63,929 bases of DNA, filler included, from an uncultured Acidimicrobiia bacterium (GCA_964347285.1; 9 parts of 9 records of this genome joined end to end with filler, not necessarily neighbours in it), one strand, 5' to 3'. Shown: positions 1-9,550, numbered from the whole stretch's first letter. A program made the numbers and translations. The notes: generated from the letters alone by a model not told the origin.

Positions 1-747
1 CGGCTGCTGGCCCAGATCGACAGCGACGATGCCGCCTGGCCCATCGCCGAGCAGGTCCAGACCCTGGTCGGCGAATCGCCGCCGCCCGAAGGTGTGGCTC
101 ACGAGATCAGACAGGCCTACGCAGACCTCGGCGAGGATGAACCCCCGGTGGCAGTTCGCTCCAGCGTTCCGGCGGACGGAGCCTCCTACGCCGGTCAGGA
201 GGAGACGTTTCTCAACGTGCGGGGCGGCGAAGCCGTGCTGGAGAGCGTGCGCAATTGCTGGGTGTCTTTCTTTGCCGAGCGGGCCCTGTTCTACCGGCGC
301 CGGCGGGGGTCCCTGGAGAACCTGGGGATGGCCGTGGTGGTTCAACGCCAGCTCGCCCCCGACAAGGCCGGCGTGCTCTTCACGACCGATCCGGTGCGGC
401 GCCGACACGATCAGATGCTGGTCGAGGGGGCCTGGGGCCTCGGCGAGGCGGTGGTTTCGGGGAGGGTGATTCCCGACCACTACGTCATCGATCGCGACGG
501 CCATCTGAAGCGGAGCCTCGTCTCCCGTCAGGACATTGCAGTGGTGCGGGATGCTCAGGGCGGTACCGTCGAGGTCCCCCTGGAAGAGAAACAGGCCACT
601 TCCCAGGTGCTCACCGAGGAGGAGCTGGAACGCCTGGCCGGGTTCGGCCGGCGTCTGGAAGAGCTGTTCGGGACGCCCCAGGACATCGAGTGGGCGATCG
701 AGGAGGGGGACATCTACCTCCTGCAATCTCGCCCGATCACCGCATGA
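1..747 (+). CDS. PEP/pyruvate-binding domain protein (stand-alone N-terminal ATP-binding part of PEP synthase/PPDK family), 5'-partial
   Basis: Frame is open from base 1. Motifs VAVRSS, ASYAGQEETFLNV, MAVVVQ, AGVLFT, WGLGEAVVSG, PQDIEWAI, LLQSRPIT, followed directly by a stop. Confidence 0.85.
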   Translation, partial: RLLAQIDSDDAAWPIAEQVQTLVGESPPPEGVAHEIRQAYADLGEDEPPVAVRSSVPADGASYAGQEETFLNVRGGEAVLESVRNCWVSFFAERALFYRRRRGSLENLGMAVVVQRQLAPDKAGVLFTTDPVRRRHDQMLVEGAWGLGEAVVSGRVIPDHYVIDRDGHLKRSLVSRQDIAVVRDAQGGTVEVPLEEKQATSQVLTEEELERLAGFGRRLEELFGTPQDIEWAIEEGDIYLLQSRPITA

Positions 748-797
748 CCGCCGGCCCAACGACGGCGCGGGCCCGTGCCCTACTGAAAGGAAACGGA

Positions 798-1676
798 ATG
801 CTGCAGCTATCACAACAACTGAGGGCCGGTCCGGCCCGGCTCAGGATCGACGTGTTCGGGTCTGCGCCGGTAAAGCACATTCTCGAGGACATGACCTTCC
901 TCAACTACCGGCTGGCCGACGTGCGCGTCGAGCCGGAAGTCACCCTTCCCGCCCCCGACATCGTCTGGAACCAGGATGACCCGAAGTCGATCACCTATCG
1001 GGACGGAGTGATGACCTTTGCCGGCGACTGGGCGGCCGGCCCGCTGCAGAAGGTCGTGGTCACCATGCTGGCCCTGAAGATGGAAGCCGAGGGGCTCCAT
1101 CCCTTCCATGCCTCGGCCGTTCGATATCGAGACAAGACCATCGTGTTCCTGGGGGGTCAGTCCAACCACGGCAAGAGCATGGCGCAGATCGAGGCCTGCC
1201 GCCGGGGTGGGATGCTGGTGTCGACCGAAACCACCGTCGTCGATGAGGACGGACGAGCGGTCATGGGTTCCAAGGACGTGTTCCTGCGCAAGCGGGCCAA
1301 GGGGACCGAGCGGGCCGACAAGGCCGCACCCAGCCAGGGCGTCGTGAAGTTCTTCGGCGAGATGCCCACGTGGGAGAACTACGACCAGCCGAGCAACGTC
1401 GACGTGGTGGTGGTTCCGGCCATCGACGGCAACTTCGATCCGAGCCTGTCGGAGATGATTCCGTTCGAGGCCCAGTTCCAGACGCTGCACTCGCTGCAGG
1501 ACTATTTCCTGCTCAACGAGCTGCTGGCTCCCGGGTTTCCGATGCCGATGGTCGATACCGAAGCTCTGCGGCAGGTTCGGGCGGGATTCGTCGAGAACTT
1601 CTGCGTGCGTCCCTACTACTTCGTGCGGGCCGCTACGCCGCAGGTGCTGATGGACGAGGTCGACGACGTCATCTGA
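798..1676 (+). CDS. HPr kinase-like P-loop protein, function unknown
   Basis: ATG 798 after GAAAGG RBS. FHASAV...VFLGGQSNHGKS (Walker A GxxxxGKS)...RGGMLVSTE follows the HprK C-terminal family pattern. Confidence 0.7.
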   Translation: MLQLSQQLRAGPARLRIDVFGSAPVKHILEDMTFLNYRLADVRVEPEVTLPAPDIVWNQDDPKSITYRDGVMTFAGDWAAGPLQKVVVTMLALKMEAEGLHPFHASAVRYRDKTIVFLGGQSNHGKSMAQIEACRRGGMLVSTETTVVDEDGRAVMGSKDVFLRKRAKGTERADKAAPSQGVVKFFGEMPTWENYDQPSNVDVVVVPAIDGNFDPSLSEMIPFEAQFQTLHSLQDYFLLNELLAPGFPMPMVDTEALRQVRAGFVENFCVRPYYFVRAATPQVLMDEVDDVI

Positions 1677-1710
1677 CGGGAGGTCGAGGCATGGCCGCCT
1701 CTGAGAGCCG

Positions 1711-2568
1711 GTGAAGCCGTTTCGGTACGCCCGGCCGCAGACCGCCGCCGAGGCGTTCGCCCTGCTGGAGGAGTACGGCCCCGAAGCCCGGGTGCTTTCG
1801 GGAGGAACCGACTTGTTCATCGGGCTTCGCACGGGGACGATCAGGCCCCAGCTGGTGATCGACCTCAAGAGCGTCACCGAACTCGCGCCGCAGATCAGCG
1901 AGAACGACTCGGTGCTGAGGATCGGCGCGTCGACGGTGCTCACCGACGTCATCGAGGACGAGCGGGTTCAGGGCCACTTCCCGGCGCTCGTGGAGGCGGC
2001 CGCCGTGGTCGGCTCGATCCAGATTCGCAACCGGGCCACCCTGGCCGGCAATATCTGCAACGCGTCGCCCGCGGCCGATACGGCGCCGGCCCTCCTCGTT
2101 TACGGGGCCGAGGTCAACCTGACCACGGCCGCCGGCGACCGTCGCGTTCCCCTCGATGAATTCTTCTTGGGGCCGGGGAAGACCGTGCTGGAGCGGGGTG
2201 AGCTCGTCGCCTCGATCGACCTGCCGCTGCCCGAGGGCCCGATCGGCGCCGCCTTCGCCAGGATGACGCGGCGGCGCGGCGTCGATCTGGCCACGATCAG
2301 CCTGTGTTGCGCGGTCGACGCGGCCGGCACAACCCGGTTCGCATTCGGGGCGGTGGGGCCCCGCCCGTTCCTGGCGGCCGATGAGAGCGGACGCCTGGCC
2401 GATCCGGGGGTGGGGGAAGACGAGAAGGAGCAGATCCTCGCCGGGCTCACCGCCCGGGCCAGCCCCATTTCCGATGTGCGGGGAAGTCGCGAGTATCGCC
2501 GGGCCATGCTGATGGTGTTGAGCAAGCGGGCTCTGCGCATCGCCTTCGATCGACTGGCGGCGGGATGA
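1711..2568 (+). CDS. Xanthine dehydrogenase/CoxM-family FAD-binding subunit
   Basis: LSGGTDL, QIRNRATLAGNICNASPAAD, PISDVRGSREYRR motifs. Confidence 0.93.
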   Translation: MKPFRYARPQTAAEAFALLEEYGPEARVLSGGTDLFIGLRTGTIRPQLVIDLKSVTELAPQISENDSVLRIGASTVLTDVIEDERVQGHFPALVEAAAVVGSIQIRNRATLAGNICNASPAADTAPALLVYGAEVNLTTAAGDRRVPLDEFFLGPGKTVLERGELVASIDLPLPEGPIGAAFARMTRRRGVDLATISLCCAVDAAGTTRFAFGAVGPRPFLAADESGRLADPGVGEDEKEQILAGLTARASPISDVRGSREYRRAMLMVLSKRALRIAFDRLAAG

Positions 2569-3041
2569 TGGAATCGATGGCCATGACCATGCGGGTGAAC
2601 GGGGATCACTACACCCTCGACGTCGCCCCACACCACACGCTGCTCGAAGTCCTGCGTGACCAGCTCGACCTGACCGGCACGAAGGAGTGCTGTGCCGAGG
2701 GCGAGTGCGGGGCCTGCACGATATTGGTGAACGGCCGGGCCGTGAACTCCTGCCTGATGCTGGGCGTAGAAGCCGACGGGAGCGAGGTGACCACCATCGA
2801 GGGGCTGGCTCGCGACGGCCGACTTAGCCCCGTCCAGGAGGCGTTCCTCCGCAAGGGAGCGGTGCAATGCGGCTTCTGCATCCCCGGCATGATCATGTCG
2901 GCCCACTATCTGCTTCACCACAATCCCCACCCCACCGCGGCCGAGGTCAGCGAGGGGTTGTCGGGGAATCTGTGCCGGTGCGGCGGCTACGCCCAGATCC
3001 GCGCCGCGGTGCTGGCCGCTGCGGAGGAGGAGGCTGAGTGA
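2565..3041 (+). CDS. Xanthine dehydrogenase/CoxS-family 2x[2Fe-2S] subunit
   Basis: CAEGECGACT...NSC and QCGFCIPG...NLCRC; ATGA overlap with upstream gene. Confidence 0.95.
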   Translation: MMESMAMTMRVNGDHYTLDVAPHHTLLEVLRDQLDLTGTKECCAEGECGACTILVNGRAVNSCLMLGVEADGSEVTTIEGLARDGRLSPVQEAFLRKGAVQCGFCIPGMIMSAHYLLHHNPHPTAAEVSEGLSGNLCRCGGYAQIRAAVLAAAEEEAE

Positions 3042-5272
3042 GTCGAATCGGACAATCGACCAAACGCGTGGGCGGTTATCAGCGGGTCACCGGCTTGCAG
3101 CGCTACGTGGGCGACCTTCATCTGGAGGAGATGCTGCACGTCAAGCTGGTGCATCTGGATTGCGCCCGGGCCCGTATCCGCTCGATCGACACCGACGTCG
3201 CACGACGGGTCGAGGGAGTGAGGGCGATCATCACCGCCGCCGACCTGCCCCAGCCCGTGCCTCGCTACGGGCCTCACTACCAGGATCGGCCGGTGCTGGC
3301 GGTGGGGGAGACCAAGTATCACGGGGAGCCGGTGGCCGCGGTCGCCGCCGAGAGCAAGGATGCGGCCGAGGCAGCCGCCGACCTCATCGAGGTGGAATAC
3401 GAGGAACTGCCCGGCGTCTTCACGGTCGATGCAGCGCTCGACCCCGACTCCCCGCTCGTGCAAGAGCCCGACCTCCGACCGGACGACCCATTGCGCGGGA
3501 CCAACATCATGCGGGAGTGGAATTACGGCTGGGGGGACGTGGACGGGGTCCAGGCCGACCTGGTGGTCGAGAACGTCTACTCGTTCCCGATGGTCACCCA
3601 CTTCGCCATCGAGCCGCACGCCTTCATGGCGGCTCCGGAACAAGACGGGATCGCGGTATGGAGCTCGATCCAGCATCCCTACCTCCTGCAGCGGGTGCTC
3701 GCCGGCGTCCTCGATCTCCCCCTGGCCAAGGTGCGGGTGATCTCCCCCGATCCCGGGGGCGGCTTCGGCGGCAAGGGCTACCCGAAGTACGAGCCGCTCG
3801 TGGCCTTCCTGGCCCTCCGGACCGGTCGCCCCGTACGGTTGGTGTTGACGCTCGAAGAGACCTTCCAGGCGGTGCGACGAACGTCGTGCCGGATACGCAT
3901 GCGCACCGGGTTCCACTCCGACGGCACCATCCGCTTTCAGGACGTGGAGAGCAACTTCCTCACCGGCGCCTACGTGGACATTGCCGCCCGGGTGATCGGC
4001 AAGAGCAACTACCTGGCATGCGGCCCGTACCGGGTGACCGATGCCCGGATCATTGCTCGAGCACTCCTGTCCCACACCACTCCCAGCACCGCCTTTCGGG
4101 GATTCGGCACCCCCCAGGTGTCATGGGCCCTCGAGTCGCAGATGGACGAAGCGGCCCGGCAACTGGGCATCGACCGGGTCGAGATCCGACTCCGCAATCT
4201 CGCCGAGAAGGGGCAGTCCTTAGTGCCCGGAGATACCCCGGCGGACGGGAACTGGGCGGAAGCCGTGCAGAAGGCGGCCGCCGCAATCGGCTGGAGAACT
4301 CCGTTGGCTCCGGGACGGGGTCGAGGAATTGCGGTGGGAATCAAGTCCTCGGCCACGGCCGGTGCCTCGTATTCGATCGTCCGGCTGCTCTACGACGGCA
4401 GCGTCTCGGTCATCGCTGGAACGTCGGACATGGGGCAGGGGGCGCGGACGATTCTCACCCAGATCGTCGCCCAGGAACTAGGCCTGGACGCCGACAAGAT
4501 CACGATCGTGATGGGTGACACTGCCACGGTTCCCTTCGACTACTCGACCTCGGCCAGCCGGTCGACCGTGTTCATGGGCCGGGCGGTGATGAACGCTTGT
4601 GACGGTGTGAAGGCGCAACTGGAGAAGCTGGCAATGGAGACCTTCTCGCTGCCGGCGGAGGAGGTGACCATCGACAGCGGTGTAGCCCGACTGGGGGACC
4701 GGGAGCTCACCTACGTGGAGCTGCTCGGGGAATGTCTGGGGCCGGTGCGGGGCGAAGTGATCGCCTCCGGTTCCTATCGAGGCGAGCACGACCCCGACCA
4801 TCCGCTCGGGGGCAGTCCCTCGTTCTACGAGTTCAGCTGCACCGCTTCCGAGGTGGAGGTGGACCAGGAAACCGGTGAGGTTCTGTTGACCAGGCACGTC
4901 TCCGTGAGCGACGTCGGCAAAGCCATCAACCCGCAGCACGTCGAGATGCAGGATGAGGGGGCGGCCATCATGGGGCTGGGCCATACGCTGATGGAGCACC
5001 TGATCCTGGATGACTCAGGCCGGATCCTGAATCTGGGGGCGCTCGACTACCGGATTCCCACCACCAAGGACGTTCCCCTGGAGATGGAGTCGATGATCGT
5101 CGAGAACATGGACGGGCCGGGACCCTACGGAGCGAAAGGCGCCGGCGAGAGCGGTCTGCTGGCCACCTCTCCGGCAGTGGCGTCGGCGGTGACCGAGGCG
5201 ACCGGAGTCGTCATTCGCGACCTGCCCCTGACGCCGGAACGGGTGTGGAGAGCACTCAGGGAGAAGCAATGA
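3038..5272 (+). CDS. Xanthine dehydrogenase-family molybdopterin-binding subunit
   Basis: GGGFGGK, AFRGFG, DMGQG, SASRS, KGAGE motifs; 744 aa. Confidence 0.93.
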   Translation: MSRIGQSTKRVGGYQRVTGLQRYVGDLHLEEMLHVKLVHLDCARARIRSIDTDVARRVEGVRAIITAADLPQPVPRYGPHYQDRPVLAVGETKYHGEPVAAVAAESKDAAEAAADLIEVEYEELPGVFTVDAALDPDSPLVQEPDLRPDDPLRGTNIMREWNYGWGDVDGVQADLVVENVYSFPMVTHFAIEPHAFMAAPEQDGIAVWSSIQHPYLLQRVLAGVLDLPLAKVRVISPDPGGGFGGKGYPKYEPLVAFLALRTGRPVRLVLTLEETFQAVRRTSCRIRMRTGFHSDGTIRFQDVESNFLTGAYVDIAARVIGKSNYLACGPYRVTDARIIARALLSHTTPSTAFRGFGTPQVSWALESQMDEAARQLGIDRVEIRLRNLAEKGQSLVPGDTPADGNWAEAVQKAAAAIGWRTPLAPGRGRGIAVGIKSSATAGASYSIVRLLYDGSVSVIAGTSDMGQGARTILTQIVAQELGLDADKITIVMGDTATVPFDYSTSASRSTVFMGRAVMNACDGVKAQLEKLAMETFSLPAEEVTIDSGVARLGDRELTYVELLGECLGPVRGEVIASGSYRGEHDPDHPLGGSPSFYEFSCTASEVEVDQETGEVLLTRHVSVSDVGKAINPQHVEMQDEGAAIMGLGHTLMEHLILDDSGRILNLGALDYRIPTTKDVPLEMESMIVENMDGPGPYGAKGAGESGLLATSPAVASAVTEATGVVIRDLPLTPERVWRALREKQ

Positions 5273-6159
5273 CCACGTACAAAGAAGTAGGACCGATCGC
5301 AGACATCCCGGCCCACAAGATGGTCGAGGCGGCCCGGTTGGTGAAAGAGGGGCGGTGGTTCTCGCTGGCCACGTCCCGCTTCCCGGGCATGCCCCTCTTT
5401 CCGGGCCATCCCCCGTTCCAGGTGATCTCCTACCGGACCCCGCCGGGGATCCGGGCCGAGGGAGCCCAGCCCTGGGGCCCGCCCAATGATGCCGGGCTGG
5501 GGTACATGGCGGAGGTGGTGTCGGCCACGTCACACTCGGGGGCGCACATCGACGCCCTGGCCCACATGACCGTGGGCGACGACAACCGCTGGTACGGGGG
5601 CGGCAACACCGCCGAGCATCTCACCGATTGGGGCCCGACGGTCGGCGACGCCGAGAAGCTTCCGCCCTTCTTCACCCGGGGCGTACTCCTCGACGCGCCC
5701 GGATTTCGCGGGATCGAGGCGCTTGAAGCCGGTTCGCCGGTGCCCGCCGAGGAGATGCAGGCCATCGCCGAGTGGGAGGGCGTCGAGGTCGGCCCGTGGG
5801 ACGTCGTGCTCATCCGCACCGGCTACCTGGCCTACTGGCCCGACGCCGACAAGATGGCCGAGCACCGCACCGCCGGTCCCGACCTCTCGGCCGCCGAGTG
5901 GCTGCTGGAGCGGGGAGTGGTCGCCACCGGCACCGACACCGAGACCTATGAGGTGCAGCCGGCCCCCGATCGGGGTACGCCGGCCAATCCGCAACCGGTC
6001 CACACCAAGCTGCTGATCGAGAACGGGATCTATCTGCTGGAGAGCGTGTACCTCGAGGAACTGGCCGCCGAGCGCGTCTATGAGTTCCTCTTCGTGGCGC
6101 TCCCGTTGAAGATCAGAGGCGCCACCGGATCGATGGTCGATCCGCTGGCGATGATCTAG
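5269..6159 (+). CDS. Cyclase family metal-dependent hydrolase (kynurenine formamidase/isatin hydrolase-like)
   Basis: HSGAHIDALAH (HxGxHxDxxxH), TRGVLLD, GIYLLE, PLKIRGATGS; ATGA overlap at 5269-5272. Confidence 0.9.
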   Translation: MTTYKEVGPIADIPAHKMVEAARLVKEGRWFSLATSRFPGMPLFPGHPPFQVISYRTPPGIRAEGAQPWGPPNDAGLGYMAEVVSATSHSGAHIDALAHMTVGDDNRWYGGGNTAEHLTDWGPTVGDAEKLPPFFTRGVLLDAPGFRGIEALEAGSPVPAEEMQAIAEWEGVEVGPWDVVLIRTGYLAYWPDADKMAEHRTAGPDLSAAEWLLERGVVATGTDTETYEVQPAPDRGTPANPQPVHTKLLIENGIYLLESVYLEELAAERVYEFLFVALPLKIRGATGSMVDPLAMI

Positions 6160-6169
6160 GAGTGTCAAG

Positions 6170-7213
6170 ATGAAAGCGCTGGTCGTTGCCGAGCCCAACC
6201 GGTTCTCGATAGAAGAGGTCGAAGAGCCCCGGGCGGACCGGAACGAGCTGCTCTGCCGGGTCCGGGCGGTGACGATCTGCGGTACCGACGCCCACTTGAT
6301 CAACGGCGACTATCCGGGCTTCTGGCCTCCGTCCTTTCCGTTCATTCCCGGACACGAGTGGGCCGGAGAGGTCGTCGACGTTGGGGCCGGGGCCGAGCTC
6401 CTCGGCTGGAAGGTCGGCGACCGGGTCGCGGGGACCTCTCACGATGCCTGCGGCTTCTGCCAGAAATGTGTCGAAGGCGCCTACAACGTGTGCGAGAACT
6501 ACGGCGTGGCCGGGCTGCACCGGCAATATGGACACAACTACCAGGGCGCCTATGCCGAGTTCGTGGTGCACGGCGTCAAGAGCGTGTTTCGCCTCCCGGA
6601 CGAGTTGAGCTTCGCCGAAGGCGCGGTGCTCGACCCGGCCTCCATCGCTCTGCATACCGCCAACCGGGGCGGCGTTCGGCCCGGGGATGTGGTGGCGATC
6701 TTCGGGCCGGGACCGATCGGGCTGCTGGCCGCCGATGCCGCCAAGGCGCGCGGCGCCGCAAGAGTGATCGTGCTCGGGCGGGGTGATCGGCTCGCCAAGG
6801 CGGCCGACCTGGGTCACGAGACGGTGGACATCACCGGCGCCGATCCGCTCGGCGAGGTCCGCCGGCACACCGCTGGCCTGGGAGCCGACGTGGTCCTCGA
6901 TTGCGCCGGCGTCCCCGACAGCTTCGTGGGGAGCCTCAAAGTCGTGCGCAAGGGAGGCCGGATCGCCGCCGTCGGTATCCCGGTCGAAGAGGTCACGCTG
7001 CCGCTCCAGGATCTCGTCCTGTACGAGCACGAGCTGGTGGGGGTGCGGGCCTCGGCGGGGGAGATGCGCCACGTCATACCGTTGGTGGTCGACGGCCGAA
7101 TCCGGGTGAAGGAGCTCATCACCCACCGGTTCCCGCTCGTCGACTTCGCCGAGGCGTTCGACGCGTTCATGCAGCGCACCGGCGGAGCGCTCAAGATCAT
7201 CATCGAGCCCTAG
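6170..7213 (+). CDS. Zn-dependent alcohol dehydrogenase (MDR, sorbitol/threonine DH-like)
   Basis: ICGTD, GHEWAG, CGFCQKC...C structural Zn site, GPGPIG; AGGAG RBS. Confidence 0.92.
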   Translation: MKALVVAEPNRFSIEEVEEPRADRNELLCRVRAVTICGTDAHLINGDYPGFWPPSFPFIPGHEWAGEVVDVGAGAELLGWKVGDRVAGTSHDACGFCQKCVEGAYNVCENYGVAGLHRQYGHNYQGAYAEFVVHGVKSVFRLPDELSFAEGAVLDPASIALHTANRGGVRPGDVVAIFGPGPIGLLAADAAKARGAARVIVLGRGDRLAKAADLGHETVDITGADPLGEVRRHTAGLGADVVLDCAGVPDSFVGSLKVVRKGGRIAAVGIPVEEVTLPLQDLVLYEHELVGVRASAGEMRHVIPLVVDGRIRVKELITHRFPLVDFAEAFDAFMQRTGGALKIIIEP

Positions 7214-7236
7214 GTGGTGGAGAGAGGAGTCGGGCG

Positions 7237-7935
7237 CTGAACCTGGAGGGACGGAGGTTCGTCGTCACCGGCGCCAGCAGCGGCCTCGGTTCTCACATGG
7301 TGCGTCGGCTGGCCGACCAAGGTGCCCGGGTGGTGGTGGCCGCCCGCCGCGCCGACCGGCTGAGGCAACTCGTCGAGGAGTGTTCCGGGCTGCCCGGCGC
7401 GGTCGAAACGGTCGAGGTCGATGTCACCGTGGCCGCCGATTGCGAGCGTCTGGTGGCGTCGGCCGCCGCTGCCTTCGGGGGCATCGACGTGCTCGTGAAC
7501 AACGCTGGTATGGAGATTCAGGGTCACTGGAGGAGCTGGCCCAGGCCGACTTCGAATCCATGCTCCACACCAACGTGATCGGGGTCTTCCTGAGCACGCG
7601 GGCTGCGGTCCCCGAGCTGCGAAAGAGCAGGGGAGCGGTGATCAACGTCGGCTCGACGGTGGTGTATCGGTCCCGCCGGGGGCGCTTCGGGTACGTGGCC
7701 AGCAAGGGGGCCGTCGAGGCCATGTCCCGGGCGTGGGCCGTCGACCTGGGCCCGGACGGCATCCGGGTCAACATCGTTCGTCCCGGGTTGATCCCCTCCG
7801 AGTTGCGCGGCTCCACCGAAGAAGACGAGCGGGCCCGCTTCGGAGAGACGGCCGCCGCCCTCCAGGTGCTGCCGGCCGTCGGCAGCGGCGCCGACGTCGC
7901 CGCGGCGGTGGCTTACCTGGGCAGTGAGGAGGCCG
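7237..7935 (+). pseudogene. SDR-family oxidoreductase with an apparent 1-nt deletion near 7525; 3'-partial at contig end
   Basis: TGASSGLG and NNAG are in one frame; LEEL...TNVIG, NVGS, YVASK and GIRVN are in another. Candidate CTG start after GAGGAG. Confidence 0.8.
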
Positions 7936-8035
7936 NNNNNNNNNNNNNNNNNNNNNNNNNNNNNNNNNNNNNNNNNNNNTTAATTAATTAANNNNNNNNN
8001 NNNNNNNNNNNNNNNNNNNNNNNNNNNNNNNNNNN
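7936..8035. other. Artificial contig linker (N44-TTAATTAATTAA-N44); also at 15962, 23897, 31621, 39055, 46457, 53776, 61066
   Basis: Identical 100-nt spacers carrying stops in all six frames; genes are truncated at these points. Confidence 0.98.
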
Positions 8036-8769
8036 CTACGGGGTTGAAGCAGTGATGTTCCTGCTAGGTGCCGCCCTGGTCGGTCGGGTCCCCAACATCC
8101 CGGTCGTCGGTGGCGGGCGCAGGGTGGGACTGTCCTCGATCGCCGAGGGCCTCAGGTATCTGCGCCGCCATCGCGTCATCCAGGCGGCGCTGCTCATAGA
8201 TCTCAATGCGATGGTCTTCGGGATGCCAACCGCGCTGTTCCCTGCCATGCACCGAGGTCTATCGGGGAGATGCGTTCACGGTGGGCCTGCTGTATGCAGC
8301 TCCCGGGATTGGCGCGCTCCTGGGAGCATTGACCTCGGGATGGGTCCTTTCGGTTAGGCGACAGGGCATCGCCGTGATCGTGGCCGTCATCGGTTGGGGC
8401 GTTTCGATAGCCGTGTTCGGGTTTTCGAAGTCACTGGTGATCGGCGTGACCATGCTGGCGTTGGCGGGCGCGGCCGATGTCGTGTCCGCCATCTTCAGGA
8501 GCTCGATGGTCCAGCTCACGGTCCCCGACGCCCTCCGTGGCGAAATCAGCTCCGTTCATCTCGCCGTGGTGAGCGGAGGACCGAGACTCGGCGACCTGGA
8601 GGCGGGGGTGGTGGCGGCCCTGACCTCGGTGAGGTTCTCGATCGTTTCGGGCGGGTTGGCATGCATCCTGGGAACCGTGGCGCTGGCCAGGTGGGCCCCG
8701 AGTTTCGTTCGGTACCGCTACGAGCCCGATCTGCCGTCCGACTCCCTGGCCGGCTCCGGGGGCTCTTGA
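8036..8769 (+). pseudogene. MFS transporter (EntS/DHA3-like), 5'-partial, frameshift near 8250
   Basis: EGLRYLRR...DLNAMVFGMPTALFPA continues in another frame as TEVYRGDAFTVGLLYAAPGIG...VPDALRG...GPRLGD. Confidence 0.8.
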
Positions 8770-8842
8770 CGCCGTCTCGCGGCGAGTCACCAGATCCGCG
8801 GCGTCACCTGAGGGGAAGCCAGGGTCGCGACCTGCGCGGCCC

Positions 8843-9550
8843 TCACCCGGCGCGAACCGAGATGGGATCAAACGGGGCGAGGAAGAAGGCGAACTCCGTT
8901 CCTTCGGCCAGCGGCAAGGGCGGGATCACCGATCCGGTGATGATGACGTCCCCGGCTCGCAACCGCTCTCCGTTGGCGACGAGGCTGTTCGCCACCGTGG
9001 CCACGATCGACGGGTAGTCCCCGGTGAGCGCCTCGAGGTCCGACGTGACGGCCCGCTCCTTTCCGTCGACGAGGATGCGGGCAACCAGCCCGCTGATGTC
9101 CAACCCGGCGCGGTCGGGGTCCGCCTCTCCAAAGATCACTCCCTTGTGGAAGATGTCACCCGCCAAGATCTCGGCGACGTTCGCGGCCTCGAGCGGCAGG
9201 TCGATGTCCGCCAGCTCGATGGCCGGACCTACCGCGGAGATGGCGGCTCGGGCCTCGTCGGCCGATGCCCCTGGCCCCAGATCCCCCCCGAGGTATACCG
9301 CCACCTCGAACTCCACTATTCCTCGCACCCAATCGCCCACCTCGATCGTGACCCCGGACTGGAACACCGTGGCGTCGGTGAGGTAACCCAGCAGCGGAGC
9401 CGTGACCTGCATCAGCTCGAGAGACGACGGGGCCCCGAAACCGACCTTCCACCCCACTCCGACCGCCCCGCCCTCGAGCATGCGACGCCGTCGCGCCAGT
9501 TGCCGCCGCAGCCCTTCCTCGACCCGGGGATCCTCCCAGGGGACGCTCAC
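8843..9550 (-). CDS. Fumarylacetoacetate hydrolase family / 2-keto-4-pentenoate hydratase-like
   Basis: VGWKVG, VEFEVA, PAIELAD, LRAGDVIITGS; GTG 9550 overlaps the cupin stop. Confidence 0.85.
   Translation of the reverse strand: MSVPWEDPRVEEGLRRQLARRRRMLEGGAVGVGWKVGFGAPSSLELMQVTAPLLGYLTDATVFQSGVTIEVGDWVRGIVEFEVAVYLGGDLGPGASADEARAAISAVGPAIELADIDLPLEAANVAEILAGDIFHKGVIFGEADPDRAGLDISGLVARILVDGKERAVTSDLEALTGDYPSIVATVANSLVANGERLRAGDVIITGSVIPPLPLAEGTEFAFFLAPFDPISVRAG

Noticed and set aside
255..797. N-terminal part of the 473-aa ORF 255..1676
   Set aside because: Off-frame overlap with the dikinase gene; the real start is ATG 798 with an RBS.
1711..5272. Aerobic CO dehydrogenase (coxMSL)
   Set aside because: The active-site loop is AFRGFG, not AYxCSFR (form I) or AYxGAGR (form II); no cox accessory genes.
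1..5272. Anaerobic phenol pathway (phenylphosphate synthase + 4-hydroxybenzoyl-CoA reductase)
   Set aside because: The FAD subunit lacks the Cys-rich [4Fe-4S] insert of HcrB, and no UbiD-like carboxylase or CoA ligase is visible.
7980..7991. Recurrent TTAATTAATTAA palindrome and ORFs ending in X..LIN
   Set aside because: Artificial six-frame-stop linker.
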